A stretch of DNA of 45,361 nt from Thermoplasmata archaeon. Its GTDB lineage: Archaea > Thermoplasmatota > Thermoplasmata > Thermoplasmatales > ARK-15. Shown in pieces: positions 16,349-26,119 of this stretch. The stretch's first letter is position 1. Each line of letters opens with the position of its first letter. Under the pieces are notes generated by a model. The model had not been told where the DNA came from, made no database searches, and saw nothing but the letters and a program-made list of their open reading frames with translations. A program made the position numbers and the translations under genes. The stretch is taken from contig JBAMMA010000003.1 of assembly GCA_039794005.1 (NCBI GenBank), forward strand, positions 1 to 45,361, read 5' to 3'.

Positions 16349-19300
16349 ATGTATTTAAAAAGATTGGAAATGGAAAATTTCAAGAGTTTTGGCAGAAAAA
16401 CGGTTATAGAATTTAAAAAAGGATTCACTGGTGTCAGTGGCCCAAATGGTTCAGGTAAAAGTAATATTTCAGATGCAATATTATTTGTTTTAGGGCCCAG
16501 GAGCAGCAAGGTATTAAGGGCCCAAAAGCTAACGGATTTAATTTTCAATGGTGGAAAGGAGAAAAATCCGGCAGATTATTGTAAAGTTTCTCTGGTTTTT
16601 GACAATAAAGATAGAGAGATACCCATAGAATCGGATGAGGTAAAATTTACCAGAATTATAAAAAAAGAGAGTGAAGATGATTACGTTAGTTATTTTTACA
16701 TAAATGAAGAAAAAGCAAGACTTCAAGATTTTACAAACCTATTGTCAAAGGCAAAGATATTTGCGGATGGGTATAACATCGTACAGCAAGGTGATATTAC
16801 AAGGATTGTTGAAATGTCTCCAATTGAGAGAAGGAAGATTCTTGAAGAGATATCTGGTATAACAAAATATGATGAGGAGATTGCCCAGGCAGAAAGGAAA
16901 AAGATTGAGGTGGATGAAAATATATCAAAATTGGATGTTTTAATAAAAGAGATTAAAGATAGACTTGAAATTTTAGAAAGGGATAGAAACGTTGCATTAA
17001 GGTATATTGAATTAAAAAAGCAATTGGAATATGCAAGGGCTGCATTGGCATATAGGAAAATCAAGGATTTAAAGGCTCAAATCGAGGGGGATGAGAATGA
17101 GATAATAACAATTCAAAATGAAATTAACAGTATTAAAAATGAATATGAAAGTCTATTAAAAGAAGAGGAAGAAAAGAAAAAGAGAATCAGTACGATTGAT
17201 GAAAATTTAAAAAAAGGTGGTGGAGAGGAGCAGATTAAAATTAAAAATAGGATAGATGAACTAAAATTGCAAAATGGAAAGCTAAACATAAGAAGAGAAG
17301 ATTTGCAGACGAGATTAGATGAAATAAAAGAGGAAAAGAAGATTTTAGAATCTAAGAAAAAGGAATTAAGAGATAAGAAATCGGAATTGGAAAAAGAATA
17401 TAATAAAAACCTAGGAATTAAGAATGAACTTCAAAGTGAAATTGAAAGAATAAAAAAGGAATTGGAAAATCACGAAAATAAAATGTCCACATCTTCAAAT
17501 GACATGATTATTTTACAAAAGGAGTATGTTAAAAAGCAGAACGAGCTAAATGAAATACTTAACGATTTATCAATTAAACAATCCTATTTATCATCACTCA
17601 GGGAAAAATATTCTTCCATAATTGATAAAATTGCTTCATTGGAAGAGGATGAGAAGAAATATGAATTGGAAATAAAAGATGCTGAATGGAGGCTAGACGA
17701 TATAAAGGACAGGGAAAAAAACAGGAAAAGCAAATATGAAGAACTTTCAAAGGAATATTATACACTGAAAAATAGAGAGAATGAATTGAGGAAAAGAATG
17801 AAGGAATTGGATGAAAGAATAATGACATTATCAAGAATTTATGAAAAGAATAAGGCAAAATTTGAAGCCATGCATGGGCAGGATGCAATAAATGAAATTC
17901 TGGAATTGAGGGATAAAAACATAATAAAAGGAATTATCGGCACAGCAAAGGAAATTATAGATGTACCGAAAGATCTAGACCTGGCTATATATGTTGCCGG
18001 TGGTAATAGATTGGACTCAATTATTGTTGAAGACGACTCAGTTGCGGCGCAGTGCATTGAACATCTTAAAAAGACTGGAAGAGGAATTGCAACATTTTTA
18101 CCATTGAATAAATTAACGATTGGCAGACCGAGGGGAAAGGCGTTGCTGGCATTAAACGATCCAGATACGGTAGGTCTTATTTTGGATCTAATAAAATATG
18201 ACAAAAAGTACGAATCTGCATTATGGTATGTGTTTTCAGATACAATCATTGTTAAAAATCTGGACGCCGCCAGGAGATTAATGGGCGGTGTGAGGATCGT
18301 AACTAAGGATGGCCAACTCATAGAAGCAAGTGGTGCAATGATAGGTGGTTATGTTCAAAAACCTGAAAAGGTATCCATACAAAGTGATATTGAAAAAATA
18401 TCAAAGGAATTAAGGGAATTAACAATTGAAAGGGAAAATGTTGATAATGAATTGAAAGAGGTAAATCAAAGGATTGACAAAATAACAAGGGAGATACAGG
18501 AATTGTCCTCTGAAAAGATTGAAGATTCTTCAATATATGAAAAAATAATAAAGGAAAACGCTGAAAAATTGAACAGGATAAAGAACGAACTTTCATCAAT
18601 TTACAAACAGAAAGGAGAGCTTGAAACAAAGATTTCAGAATATGAAAATGAATTAAAATCTATAGAAGAGAAGAAGGTATATATGCAAAAAGACATTGAA
18701 AACATTAGAATTAAGATCGACTCCTTTGCTCCAATGGATATACAGAAAAAGGTGAAAGAATTAAAGAATGAGCTTGAAAATATTAACAGCAAATATTCTG
18801 CAATAATTATTTTGATTAAGGATGAAGAAAATAGCATAAAGAGCATTGATGAAAACCTAAAATCGATTGAAGAAAGAATAAAAAGGTTGAATGAAGAATT
18901 TACATCAAAACAGGAAGAGATCAATAAAATAACAAGGGAAGTGGAATCCATACATTTGGAAATAAACAAGTTGAATGAAATAAACATGATATATGAAGAG
19001 AATGCCAAAAAGTTGTGGAATGAAAGGGAAAAGCTTGTAAACGATATACAGAAGATCGAAAATGAAATTTCATTAAAAAATAACGATCTCTCAAGGAAAA
19101 ACGATTTCATAATAACCCTAAAAACCAGGATCGCATCAAATAAAAAGGAACTTGAAAATGCTTTGAATGAATATAACATGATGAATATAAATGTGACAGA
19201 ACCTATTCCTGGTGTAAATGAACTAAAGAAAACTATAGATTATTCTGAAGAAACGATGAAATCATTGGAGCCTGTAAATATGAAAAGCATAGAAGAATAT

Positions 19301-19882
19301 GAATCTGAAAAATCAAGGTTGGATGGAATACTGAAAGATTATGAGAATCTTCAGAATGAGAAGAAGAATCTCATATCATTGATGGAAGAATTAAATGTAA
19401 AGAAAAAGGAAGGATTTTTGGATGTATACAGGTCAATAAGGGAGAATTTCATAAACATATATTCAAGGATAACCGATGGTGGAGAGGCAATAATGTATTT
19501 GGAGAATGAGGATGACCCGTTTGCAGGAGGGCTTGTCATAAAAGCAAAACCCAAGGGAAAGAAGATGATAAGGCTTGAGGCATTAAGTGGTGGAGAAAAA
19601 AGCTTGACGGCCTTGACATTCATTTTGGCAATACAGCAGTATACTCCATCTCCATTCTATTTATTTGATGAAAGCGATATGTTTTTAGATGCTTTCAATG
19701 CTGAAAATGTTGCCAGAATATTGAAGGAAAATTCATCAAGGGCACAGTTTATTGTTGTTTCACTGAGAAGGGTTGTACTGAAGTATGCAGACCACGTAAT
19801 AGGCGTAACATTGTCTCCAGATGGAATATCCAAGATTTATGAAGAAACTTATCAAGAAGAGGTGGTTGAATATGGACAATAG
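16349..19882 (+). CDS. smc: Chromosome segregation protein Smc
   Basis: Walker A GPNGSGKSN, Q-loop VQQG, hinge ASGAMIGG, signature LSGGEKS, Walker B LFDE, long coiled coils. Confidence 0.97.
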   Translation: MYLKRLEMENFKSFGRKTVIEFKKGFTGVSGPNGSGKSNISDAILFVLGPRSSKVLRAQKLTDLIFNGGKEKNPADYCKVSLVFDNKDREIPIESDEVKFTRIIKKESEDDYVSYFYINEEKARLQDFTNLLSKAKIFADGYNIVQQGDITRIVEMSPIERRKILEEISGITKYDEEIAQAERKKIEVDENISKLDVLIKEIKDRLEILERDRNVALRYIELKKQLEYARAALAYRKIKDLKAQIEGDENEIITIQNEINSIKNEYESLLKEEEEKKKRISTIDENLKKGGGEEQIKIKNRIDELKLQNGKLNIRREDLQTRLDEIKEEKKILESKKKELRDKKSELEKEYNKNLGIKNELQSEIERIKKELENHENKMSTSSNDMIILQKEYVKKQNELNEILNDLSIKQSYLSSLREKYSSIIDKIASLEEDEKKYELEIKDAEWRLDDIKDREKNRKSKYEELSKEYYTLKNRENELRKRMKELDERIMTLSRIYEKNKAKFEAMHGQDAINEILELRDKNIIKGIIGTAKEIIDVPKDLDLAIYVAGGNRLDSIIVEDDSVAAQCIEHLKKTGRGIATFLPLNKLTIGRPRGKALLALNDPDTVGLILDLIKYDKKYESALWYVFSDTIIVKNLDAARRLMGGVRIVTKDGQLIEASGAMIGGYVQKPEKVSIQSDIEKISKELRELTIERENVDNELKEVNQRIDKITREIQELSSEKIEDSSIYEKIIKENAEKLNRIKNELSSIYKQKGELETKISEYENELKSIEEKKVYMQKDIENIRIKIDSFAPMDIQKKVKELKNELENINSKYSAIIILIKDEENSIKSIDENLKSIEERIKRLNEEFTSKQEEINKITREVESIHLEINKLNEINMIYEENAKKLWNEREKLVNDIQKIENEISLKNNDLSRKNDFIITLKTRIASNKKELENALNEYNMMNINVTEPIPGVNELKKTIDYSEETMKSLEPVNMKSIEEYESEKSRLDGILKDYENLQNEKKNLISLMEELNVKKKEGFLDVYRSIRENFINIYSRITDGGEAIMYLENEDDPFAGGLVIKAKPKGKKMIRLEALSGGEKSLTALTFILAIQQYTPSPFYLFDESDMFLDAFNAENVARILKENSSRAQFIVVSLRRVVLKYADHVIGVTLSPDGISKIYEETYQEEVVEYGQ

Positions 19883-20729
19883 TAAATTATTGGAGATTTT
19901 GAACGTTAATAAAGATAATCCAGACATTATAAATATAATGAAAAAGATTGAAAATGAAGAGAAAGAGTATGCATTTGAATCAGACCCTGGAATAAGGGCA
20001 ATAATGGCAGCTTTTAAATTAGTAATTGAGGAAAATTTTGATCCAATGAACATTGACTTAGTTAGATTTACGAAATTGTATCTTGAAAAATTAAAAAATG
20101 AGCATATACTGGACTTTATATCAGCGGGAATATTAATAGAGCTTGCATGGGAAATACTGTTCAAAAAGAGCCAGGTCCTGCTCGACAGGGTAATGGGAAC
20201 AAACACGGACTACTATGATCTCTGGGAGCCTGTCGATTTCAAGCAACCTGAAGATTTTTATGATGAATTTGACTACGGTGAATTCCTTGCGGATAATATT
20301 CCAATTTCTGAACCCATAAGAAGAAATGAGGAACGGCCTGTAACAATTGTGGAATTAATTAACGCTCTTGACGAGGCATTAAAAGAATCGGAGAATAGGA
20401 AAAAGAAGATTGAAAATAAGAAGCAGTTGGAGAAATATAAAATAGATATAATGGAGAGGGTCCACAAAGAGAGCATAGAGGAAGAAATAGAAGATATTTG
20501 GAATAGGATAAAAGAGATGGATGATGAATTTTATAAGGGTGAAATTGAAGACGGTACAAAGGAAGATTCAATAAAGGTATTGATGGCATTATTATTTTTG
20601 GAACTTGAAAATAAAGTATCGATGGAACAGGAGATACCATTTGGACCGATTAGGGTAACTGTAAAGGTTCCAAAAGAACAGAGAAAATATTATGGAAAGT
20701 ATCAGGTTGTTGCCGATATAGGAAAATGA
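19872..20729 (+). CDS. scpA: Kleisin ScpA (segregation/condensation protein A)
   Basis: FDPMNIDL, RPVTIVELINAL, ALLFL...QEIPFGPI winged-helix end; overlaps the smc stop. Confidence 0.88.
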   Translation: MDNSKLLEILNVNKDNPDIINIMKKIENEEKEYAFESDPGIRAIMAAFKLVIEENFDPMNIDLVRFTKLYLEKLKNEHILDFISAGILIELAWEILFKKSQVLLDRVMGTNTDYYDLWEPVDFKQPEDFYDEFDYGEFLADNIPISEPIRRNEERPVTIVELINALDEALKESENRKKKIENKKQLEKYKIDIMERVHKESIEEEIEDIWNRIKEMDDEFYKGEIEDGTKEDSIKVLMALLFLELENKVSMEQEIPFGPIRVTVKVPKEQRKYYGKYQVVADIGK

Positions 20730-20731
20730 AT

Positions 20732-21019
20732 TTATGGTAGCACCTTGTTCAATTCATTTTCAAGGTCTTCAAAATATTTAGCCATTTTCCTCAATGCTCT
20801 TTTTAATGCGGCCTGTGGTTTTCCTTCCTTTACCTTTATATATATAATAGGATTTGTGATCGTTGGGTGATCTATATAATATTTACTTTCAACAACCATA
20901 GGATCCCTTGATATTTCTTCAACAAGTGGTCTTATGATTGTATTATCTGAATTTATTACTTCAGCCTCAATATAATCTTTCCCCTTTGAAATGATCTTGA
21001 AATTTATTTCTTGAACCAT
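20732..21019 (-). CDS. rpoL: DNA-directed RNA polymerase subunit L (Rpo11)
   Basis: 95 aa; D.T...L, Y.IDHP...P.I.I pattern, C-terminal helix. Confidence 0.85.
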   Translation of the reverse strand: MVQEINFKIISKGKDYIEAEVINSDNTIIRPLVEEISRDPMVVESKYYIDHPTITNPIIYIKVKEGKPQAALKRALRKMAKYFEDLENELNKVLP

Positions 21020-21148
21020 TGTTGTTAATAATTGTAAAAATTATTTAATTTTTTTGTTTTTAGACTTTTAATTTTTTAATCCTTAAAAATAACAATCTGG
21101 AGAGAGTTTAAATAAATTTTTGTTTTAATGAAAAATGGTAAGACGATC

Positions 21149-21838
21149 ATGGCCAAAGTATACATCATCGGTGTTGGACCCGGAAATTCAAAATATCTCA
21201 CAGAAATTTCAAAGGAAATTATAAGTAAATCTGATATAGTTTTAGGCTGGGATCTGGATTTATATCCTGTAATGGATATTATTAAAGGAAAGGAAATTCA
21301 TCTGCAAAATCTTAATAATTATATCGAAAAGGCCATAGAAGTAGCAAATAAGTATAAAAACACTGAAAAAACGGTTGTTATTTTGAGGATAGGAGACCCA
21401 TGCATATCATCTGGCCTAGATAGGCTTTTAAAAATATTTGATGATTTTGAAATTGAAATAATCCCGGGCATAAGCTCAGTGCAGCTGGCAGCCTCGCTTG
21501 CAAATATAAATATTGATGAATCAGTGATAATTTCATTTCATGATGGAGGAGAAATAGAGAAAAAGAAAGAATTCATGCTAAAATCATTCAGGGATTTTTT
21601 TAGAAACATAATAATGTTGGTCGGACCGGAATTTTTACCACATAATGCAGCAGAATATTTAATATCAAACGGGATCGATGAAAAAATTGAAGCAATAGTA
21701 TTTGAAAAGCTTTCATTTCCTGATCAAAAAGTAATTAAAACAACTTTAGAAAAATTAACAAAATTGGATCAATTTTACTGGCTGAGCGTTCTTGTTATTA
21801 TAAATCCAAAATATAAAGAGAGGTACAATAATGAATGA
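21149..21838 (+). CDS. CbiE-like SAM-dependent tetrapyrrole methyltransferase
   Basis: IIGVGPG, GDP..SG, IPGISSVQLAA, SFH, E.L..P.Q; start ATG 21149 or 21128. Confidence 0.85.
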   Translation: MAKVYIIGVGPGNSKYLTEISKEIISKSDIVLGWDLDLYPVMDIIKGKEIHLQNLNNYIEKAIEVANKYKNTEKTVVILRIGDPCISSGLDRLLKIFDDFEIEIIPGISSVQLAASLANINIDESVIISFHDGGEIEKKKEFMLKSFRDFFRNIIMLVGPEFLPHNAAEYLISNGIDEKIEAIVFEKLSFPDQKVIKTTLEKLTKLDQFYWLSVLVIINPKYKERYNNE

Positions 21839-22496
21839 AATATACATTATAGGTGTTGGTCCTGGCGATCCTGATTTTATTACTATTCATGGCAAAAATA
21901 TATTAAACAATGCCGATTGTGTTGCTGGTTTTAATTCTGCTATAAATGTTGTGGAAAAATATATCAGGGGACAAAAAATCATAATTAATTATAAAAATGA
22001 AACTGAAATGTTAAAATTTATCTCTGAGGAGGCAAGAAAAGGAATCAAGTGTGTTATTGTTTGTTACGGCGATCCAAATTTTTCCGATATTCAGTTTATT
22101 CAGAAAATAAAATCTTTTTATAATAATATTAAGATAATTCCCGGAATAAGTTCAATTCAAATTGCATTATCCAAATCTGGAATACCTTTTGAAGAATCTA
22201 TATTCATAACATTTCATAAAAGTGGTACACTAGAATATGAAAAGGAGGAATTGTTGAAATATGTCAGAGAAGGAAATAGAAATGTGATTTTATTACCAAG
22301 GCCATGGGATTTTATGCCAAAAGAAATTGCTGAATATCTCATTTTAAATGGAATATCGGAAAATATAGAAGTCATAATATATGAAAATCTCACCTTAAAG
22401 GATGAAAAAACATACAATATCTATTTAGGAGATCTAAGAATAATGGATAAAAGGTTTAGTGATTTAACAATTTTAATCATTAAAAGAAGAAATTAA
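21831..22496 (+). CDS. Second CbiE-like tetrapyrrole methyltransferase
   Basis: IIGVGPGDP, GDPNFSD, IPGISSIQ, TFHKSG, LPRPWDFMP, ENLTLKDE. Confidence 0.85.
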   Translation: MNEIYIIGVGPGDPDFITIHGKNILNNADCVAGFNSAINVVEKYIRGQKIIINYKNETEMLKFISEEARKGIKCVIVCYGDPNFSDIQFIQKIKSFYNNIKIIPGISSIQIALSKSGIPFEESIFITFHKSGTLEYEKEELLKYVREGNRNVILLPRPWDFMPKEIAEYLILNGISENIEVIIYENLTLKDEKTYNIYLGDLRIMDKRFSDLTILIIKRRN

Positions 22497-22509
22497 TAAT
22501 ATCAAAAAA

Positions 22510-24462
22510 TCAGGAATATCTAACAACCATCTCTTTTATGATATCCCCCACATCATCACATCTGTCCGTAATTTTTTCCATATTTTCCGCAATCTCCTTT
22601 ATTGTTAAAAATTTCTTGATATCTGTTTCCTTAATTAATTCTTTCAGATATGCATCCACTATATCATCCGTCATATTTTCAAGTCTGTGGACTTCATTAC
22701 ATATGTTTAAAATTTCTTCATATTCTCCAAGTTTAATTTTGAAAACGTTTTTAACGGCATTAGTGATCTCGCTCACGGATTTATTGTTTATTTCTGCTAA
22801 GGCAATTATATTGGGATTATTTTTTTCCAATCCATAAATGTATATTTTTTTACTTGTTGATTCAATTGCATCCATTATGTCATCCAGGGAAGAAACCAAA
22901 TAGAATATGTCATTCCTCTCGATTGGCATCCTTACCTTCCTGTTTAATTTTCTATATACTTCTCCTGAAATTTTATCATTTTCATGCTCTAATTCCTTTA
23001 TCAATTTGACATTCTCAATATTTTTTTCAGAATCTACAGATAATTCATACAATAATTTTGATGCTTTATTTAAGTTTTCAATCATTGTATATACTGGTTT
23101 CGAGAATTCTTTAAACACGCTTGATGATTCTTCCAATGTAAGATCTTTTGTTTCTTCACCAAATAATACTGTAAACAGTAAACCAAAGATTAAAAGTGCA
23201 GAAATTATCATTATCGTGTAATAAATATTCAAATAAGATTTCAGGATAGGTAAAATCAGCACACCTGTAATTGCTCCTAGTCTGGATATGGCAGTAGAAG
23301 AACCCTGTGCAGTGGCCCTCAATCTTGTTGGGAAAAGTTCCAGAGGAACTAACCATGTTGTAGTATTCGGTCCTCCATTTTGAGATATTTCAAACAATGC
23401 AAAAAATATTAACGTAAAAATGAAATTAACATTTATCAAAATGGAAATCAAAATAAGTGAAATTATCATCCCCAAAAATCCAAATATTTGAAGTTTTAAT
23501 CTTCCATATCTGTCTATTAAAAATATTGCCAGTATGAATCCTATAATTCCAAAGAAATAAGAGATTGAGGCTCCAAGTATTGAATACTTATCCGTAAAAC
23601 CCAGATTTTGCAATATTATTGGTTGAAATATGTTTATTCCATAAACACCTATATCCATGAAAAACCAGGGCAGCCATGAAAATAATGTCCTTCTTATGAA
23701 CAGTGGAGACAACATATCTTTGAATGAATAAATTTCCTCAGAATTATCCACATTTAAATCTCCTTCAGCTTCAACGTTCAACGTTTTCAATATTTTTATT
23801 GCCTCTTCATTTTTACCCTTAGAAACAAGCCATCTGGGTGATTCAGGCATCAATGATCTAAATATTATCACAACTATTGCTGGAAATATACCAGTTAACA
23901 AAATTAGCCTCCAGGTATCCCACCCTAATGGTTGTAAAGAATAAAGTATGTATCCAACGATAGATGCTGAAAATGCACCTATGCCCCAAAACATAAATGT
24001 TTTTGCAATCATTTGACCCCTAACATTTTTTGGTGAAAATTCACTAACATATGTAGAGCTTATCGGATAATCTGCGCCAATACCAAATCCTAAAAGAAAT
24101 CTAAAAACTATTAATTGTATTAAATTTTGAGAAAGGGCTGATAAAATTGCAAAAAGCACAAAAAATATTAGATCAATTAAATACATGAATTTCCTACCCA
24201 TTCTGTCTGTAAAATGGCCAAAAATCAGTGCACCAAAGAACATGCCTATCAATGCAGAGGATGCGAGTAATCCAGTATATAATCCCCTCATATTTGGAGG
24301 ATATTCATTTATCCATGGTGTTATGTATAAAAGTACGATACTTATAATAAAAAGATCGTATCCATCAAGAAATACACCTGCAGCAGATAATAAAAATACC
24401 TTTCTATGAAATGATGAATATTCCATATTATCTATTTTTTCCGTGATATTATTCAACATCAT
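22510..24462 (-). CDS. MFS phosphate:H+ symporter-like transporter (Pho84/PHT1 type) fused to a C-terminal DUF47/PhoU-like domain
   Basis: DGYDLF, GADYPISSTYVSE, WFFMD..VYG, GPNTTT...ELFPTRLR in about the first 450 aa; then LEHEND, PIERNDI..L...LDDIMD, LENMTD and EKITDRCDD. Confidence 0.88.
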   Translation of the reverse strand: MMLNNITEKIDNMEYSSFHRKVFLLSAAGVFLDGYDLFIISIVLLYITPWINEYPPNMRGLYTGLLASSALIGMFFGALIFGHFTDRMGRKFMYLIDLIFFVLFAILSALSQNLIQLIVFRFLLGFGIGADYPISSTYVSEFSPKNVRGQMIAKTFMFWGIGAFSASIVGYILYSLQPLGWDTWRLILLTGIFPAIVVIIFRSLMPESPRWLVSKGKNEEAIKILKTLNVEAEGDLNVDNSEEIYSFKDMLSPLFIRRTLFSWLPWFFMDIGVYGINIFQPIILQNLGFTDKYSILGASISYFFGIIGFILAIFLIDRYGRLKLQIFGFLGMIISLILISILINVNFIFTLIFFALFEISQNGGPNTTTWLVPLELFPTRLRATAQGSSTAISRLGAITGVLILPILKSYLNIYYTIMIISALLIFGLLFTVLFGEETKDLTLEESSSVFKEFSKPVYTMIENLNKASKLLYELSVDSEKNIENVKLIKELEHENDKISGEVYRKLNRKVRMPIERNDIFYLVSSLDDIMDAIESTSKKIYIYGLEKNNPNIIALAEINNKSVSEITNAVKNVFKIKLGEYEEILNICNEVHRLENMTDDIVDAYLKELIKETDIKKFLTIKEIAENMEKITDRCDDVGDIIKEMVVRYS

Positions 24463-24517
24463 AATAGTAAAATAATACAATTCATATAACTTTTTTTTAT
24501 AATCTCAGATGAATTGA

Positions 24518-24832
24518 ATGAAAAATAAGAAAAACATTTCAATAAAGATGTGGAAAGTTAATGGTGAATTTGTTTTGGCAGCATGCGATTCTGAATTATT
24601 GGGCAAGGAGTTTAAAGAGGGTGAACTAACATTAAGTGTTTATGAAAGTTTTTACCATGAAAGATATGTTGACAAGGAGGAATTTATATCATATCTGAAA
24701 AGTGCAACAATAATAAATCTCGTCGGTAAGAGAGTCATAAATATTGCAATTGAAGAAGGTATCGTGGATAAAAATAATATATTGTATATAAATAAAATAC
24801 CCCATGCACAGGCTGTACTTATGTTAAAATAA
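24518..24832 (+). CDS. DUF424 family protein
   Basis: LAACDSELLGK, FY, ATIINLVG, IPHAQ. Confidence 0.9.
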   Translation: MKNKKNISIKMWKVNGEFVLAACDSELLGKEFKEGELTLSVYESFYHERYVDKEEFISYLKSATIINLVGKRVINIAIEEGIVDKNNILYINKIPHAQAVLMLK

Positions 24833-24850
24833 ATAAAAAATTAAAAAAAT

Positions 24851-25540
24851 TTACTTTTTGACTGATAAAAACATTTTCGCCATTTTTACCTCATCTTCTG
24901 GAATTTCCTTGTATGTTATCCACCAATCATATCCCTTGTATTTTTTCAGAACCTCATCTGCTGATTTTACATCCTTAGGTGGTGAATTTAAGACCTTTTC
25001 TCCTATGATTTCATTTTCTGGCCAGTTTGCTGGTAAAGCTGCGGCATATTTATCCGATACCTGTAATCCCTTAATAATCCTTAGTATTTCATTGATATTT
25101 CTTCCCAATTCCATTGGGTAGTATAATATCAGCCTGATAATTGAACTATTGTCCACAACAAAGACGGCCCTTATGGTTGTTGTTTTAGATTCCGCATGTA
25201 TCATTCCGAGTGTTTTGGATACTTCCCCCATCGGGTCAGCAATAATTGGGAATGGTATCTCCATGTTAAGCTTTTCTTTTATCCATCTTACCCATTCAAT
25301 ATGGCTTATGTTAGAATCTACGCTTAGGCCTATCAATTCTGTGTTTAATTTTCTGAAATCTTCATACTTCTGAGCAAATGAATAGAATTCCGTTGTGCAT
25401 ACTGGAGTAAAATCTCCCGGATGACTGAACAAAACAAACCATTTTCCGGAAAAGTCCTCGGGCAATACCTTCTTCCCAAATGTTGTCATTACTTCCAGGT
25501 GTGGGAATTTTTCACCTATCAAAGGAAATTTTCCATCCAT
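24851..25540 (-). CDS. Peroxiredoxin (Prx6 subfamily, single Cys)
   Basis: [34 protein letters not shown]. Confidence 0.95.
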   Translation of the reverse strand: MDGKFPLIGEKFPHLEVMTTFGKKVLPEDFSGKWFVLFSHPGDFTPVCTTEFYSFAQKYEDFRKLNTELIGLSVDSNISHIEWVRWIKEKLNMEIPFPIIADPMGEVSKTLGMIHAESKTTTIRAVFVVDNSSIIRLILYYPMELGRNINEILRIIKGLQVSDKYAAALPANWPENEIIGEKVLNSPPKDVKSADEVLKKYKGYDWWITYKEIPEDEVKMAKMFLSVKK

Positions 25541-25663
25541 TTTAGATCACCTTAATAATATAATGTAATTTATCTATAAAAATTTTTCTTTTTTCTAATA
25601 TTTTTAGAATTTATTCAAAAATTATAGAAAAAATTTATTAATTAAAAGATTATTTATAATCAT

Positions 25664-26077
25664 ATGGTCGATGAACTGGATTTAAAAATTATTGATACGT
25701 TAATAAAAAATCCGAATGTGAAACTGGATGACATTTCAAACTATTTAAGAATACCAAGATCAACTGTTGCGATGAGGATCAAAAAACTCAAGGAATACGG
25801 TATTTTAAAAGAATGCTATTATGTTGAATCCTCATTAATTTCATATGATGACATTATAATAGGATTGGATATAAAACCCGAAAATCTTTTAGATGTTATA
25901 TCGGAACTTGAAAAAATGGAATACGTTAAAGAAATATACATGACAACTGGGGACCATGTTGCAATAATAAGAATTTTAATAGAGAGGGATAAAACAAAAG
26001 AGATCATTGATGGAATAAAGTCTATAGAAGGAATAAGAAACGTTTATCCAGCAATAGTACAAAAGAGAATTAAATAA
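25664..26077 (+). CDS. Lrp/AsnC-family transcriptional regulator (LrpA-like)
   Basis: DELDLKII HTH, RIKKL, RAM domain with TGDH. Confidence 0.9.
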   Translation: MVDELDLKIIDTLIKNPNVKLDDISNYLRIPRSTVAMRIKKLKEYGILKECYYVESSLISYDDIIIGLDIKPENLLDVISELEKMEYVKEIYMTTGDHVAIIRILIERDKTKEIIDGIKSIEGIRNVYPAIVQKRIK

Positions 26078-26119
26078 ATTTAGGTTAATTATTTATAATA
26101 TCTTATTATATTATTCACC

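Noticed and set aside
16349-20729. Smc locus as a Wadjet/MksBEFG or Rad50-type system
   Set aside because: It has a canonical hinge, an ScpA partner and a housekeeping context, with no JetD/MksG or Mre11 nuclease
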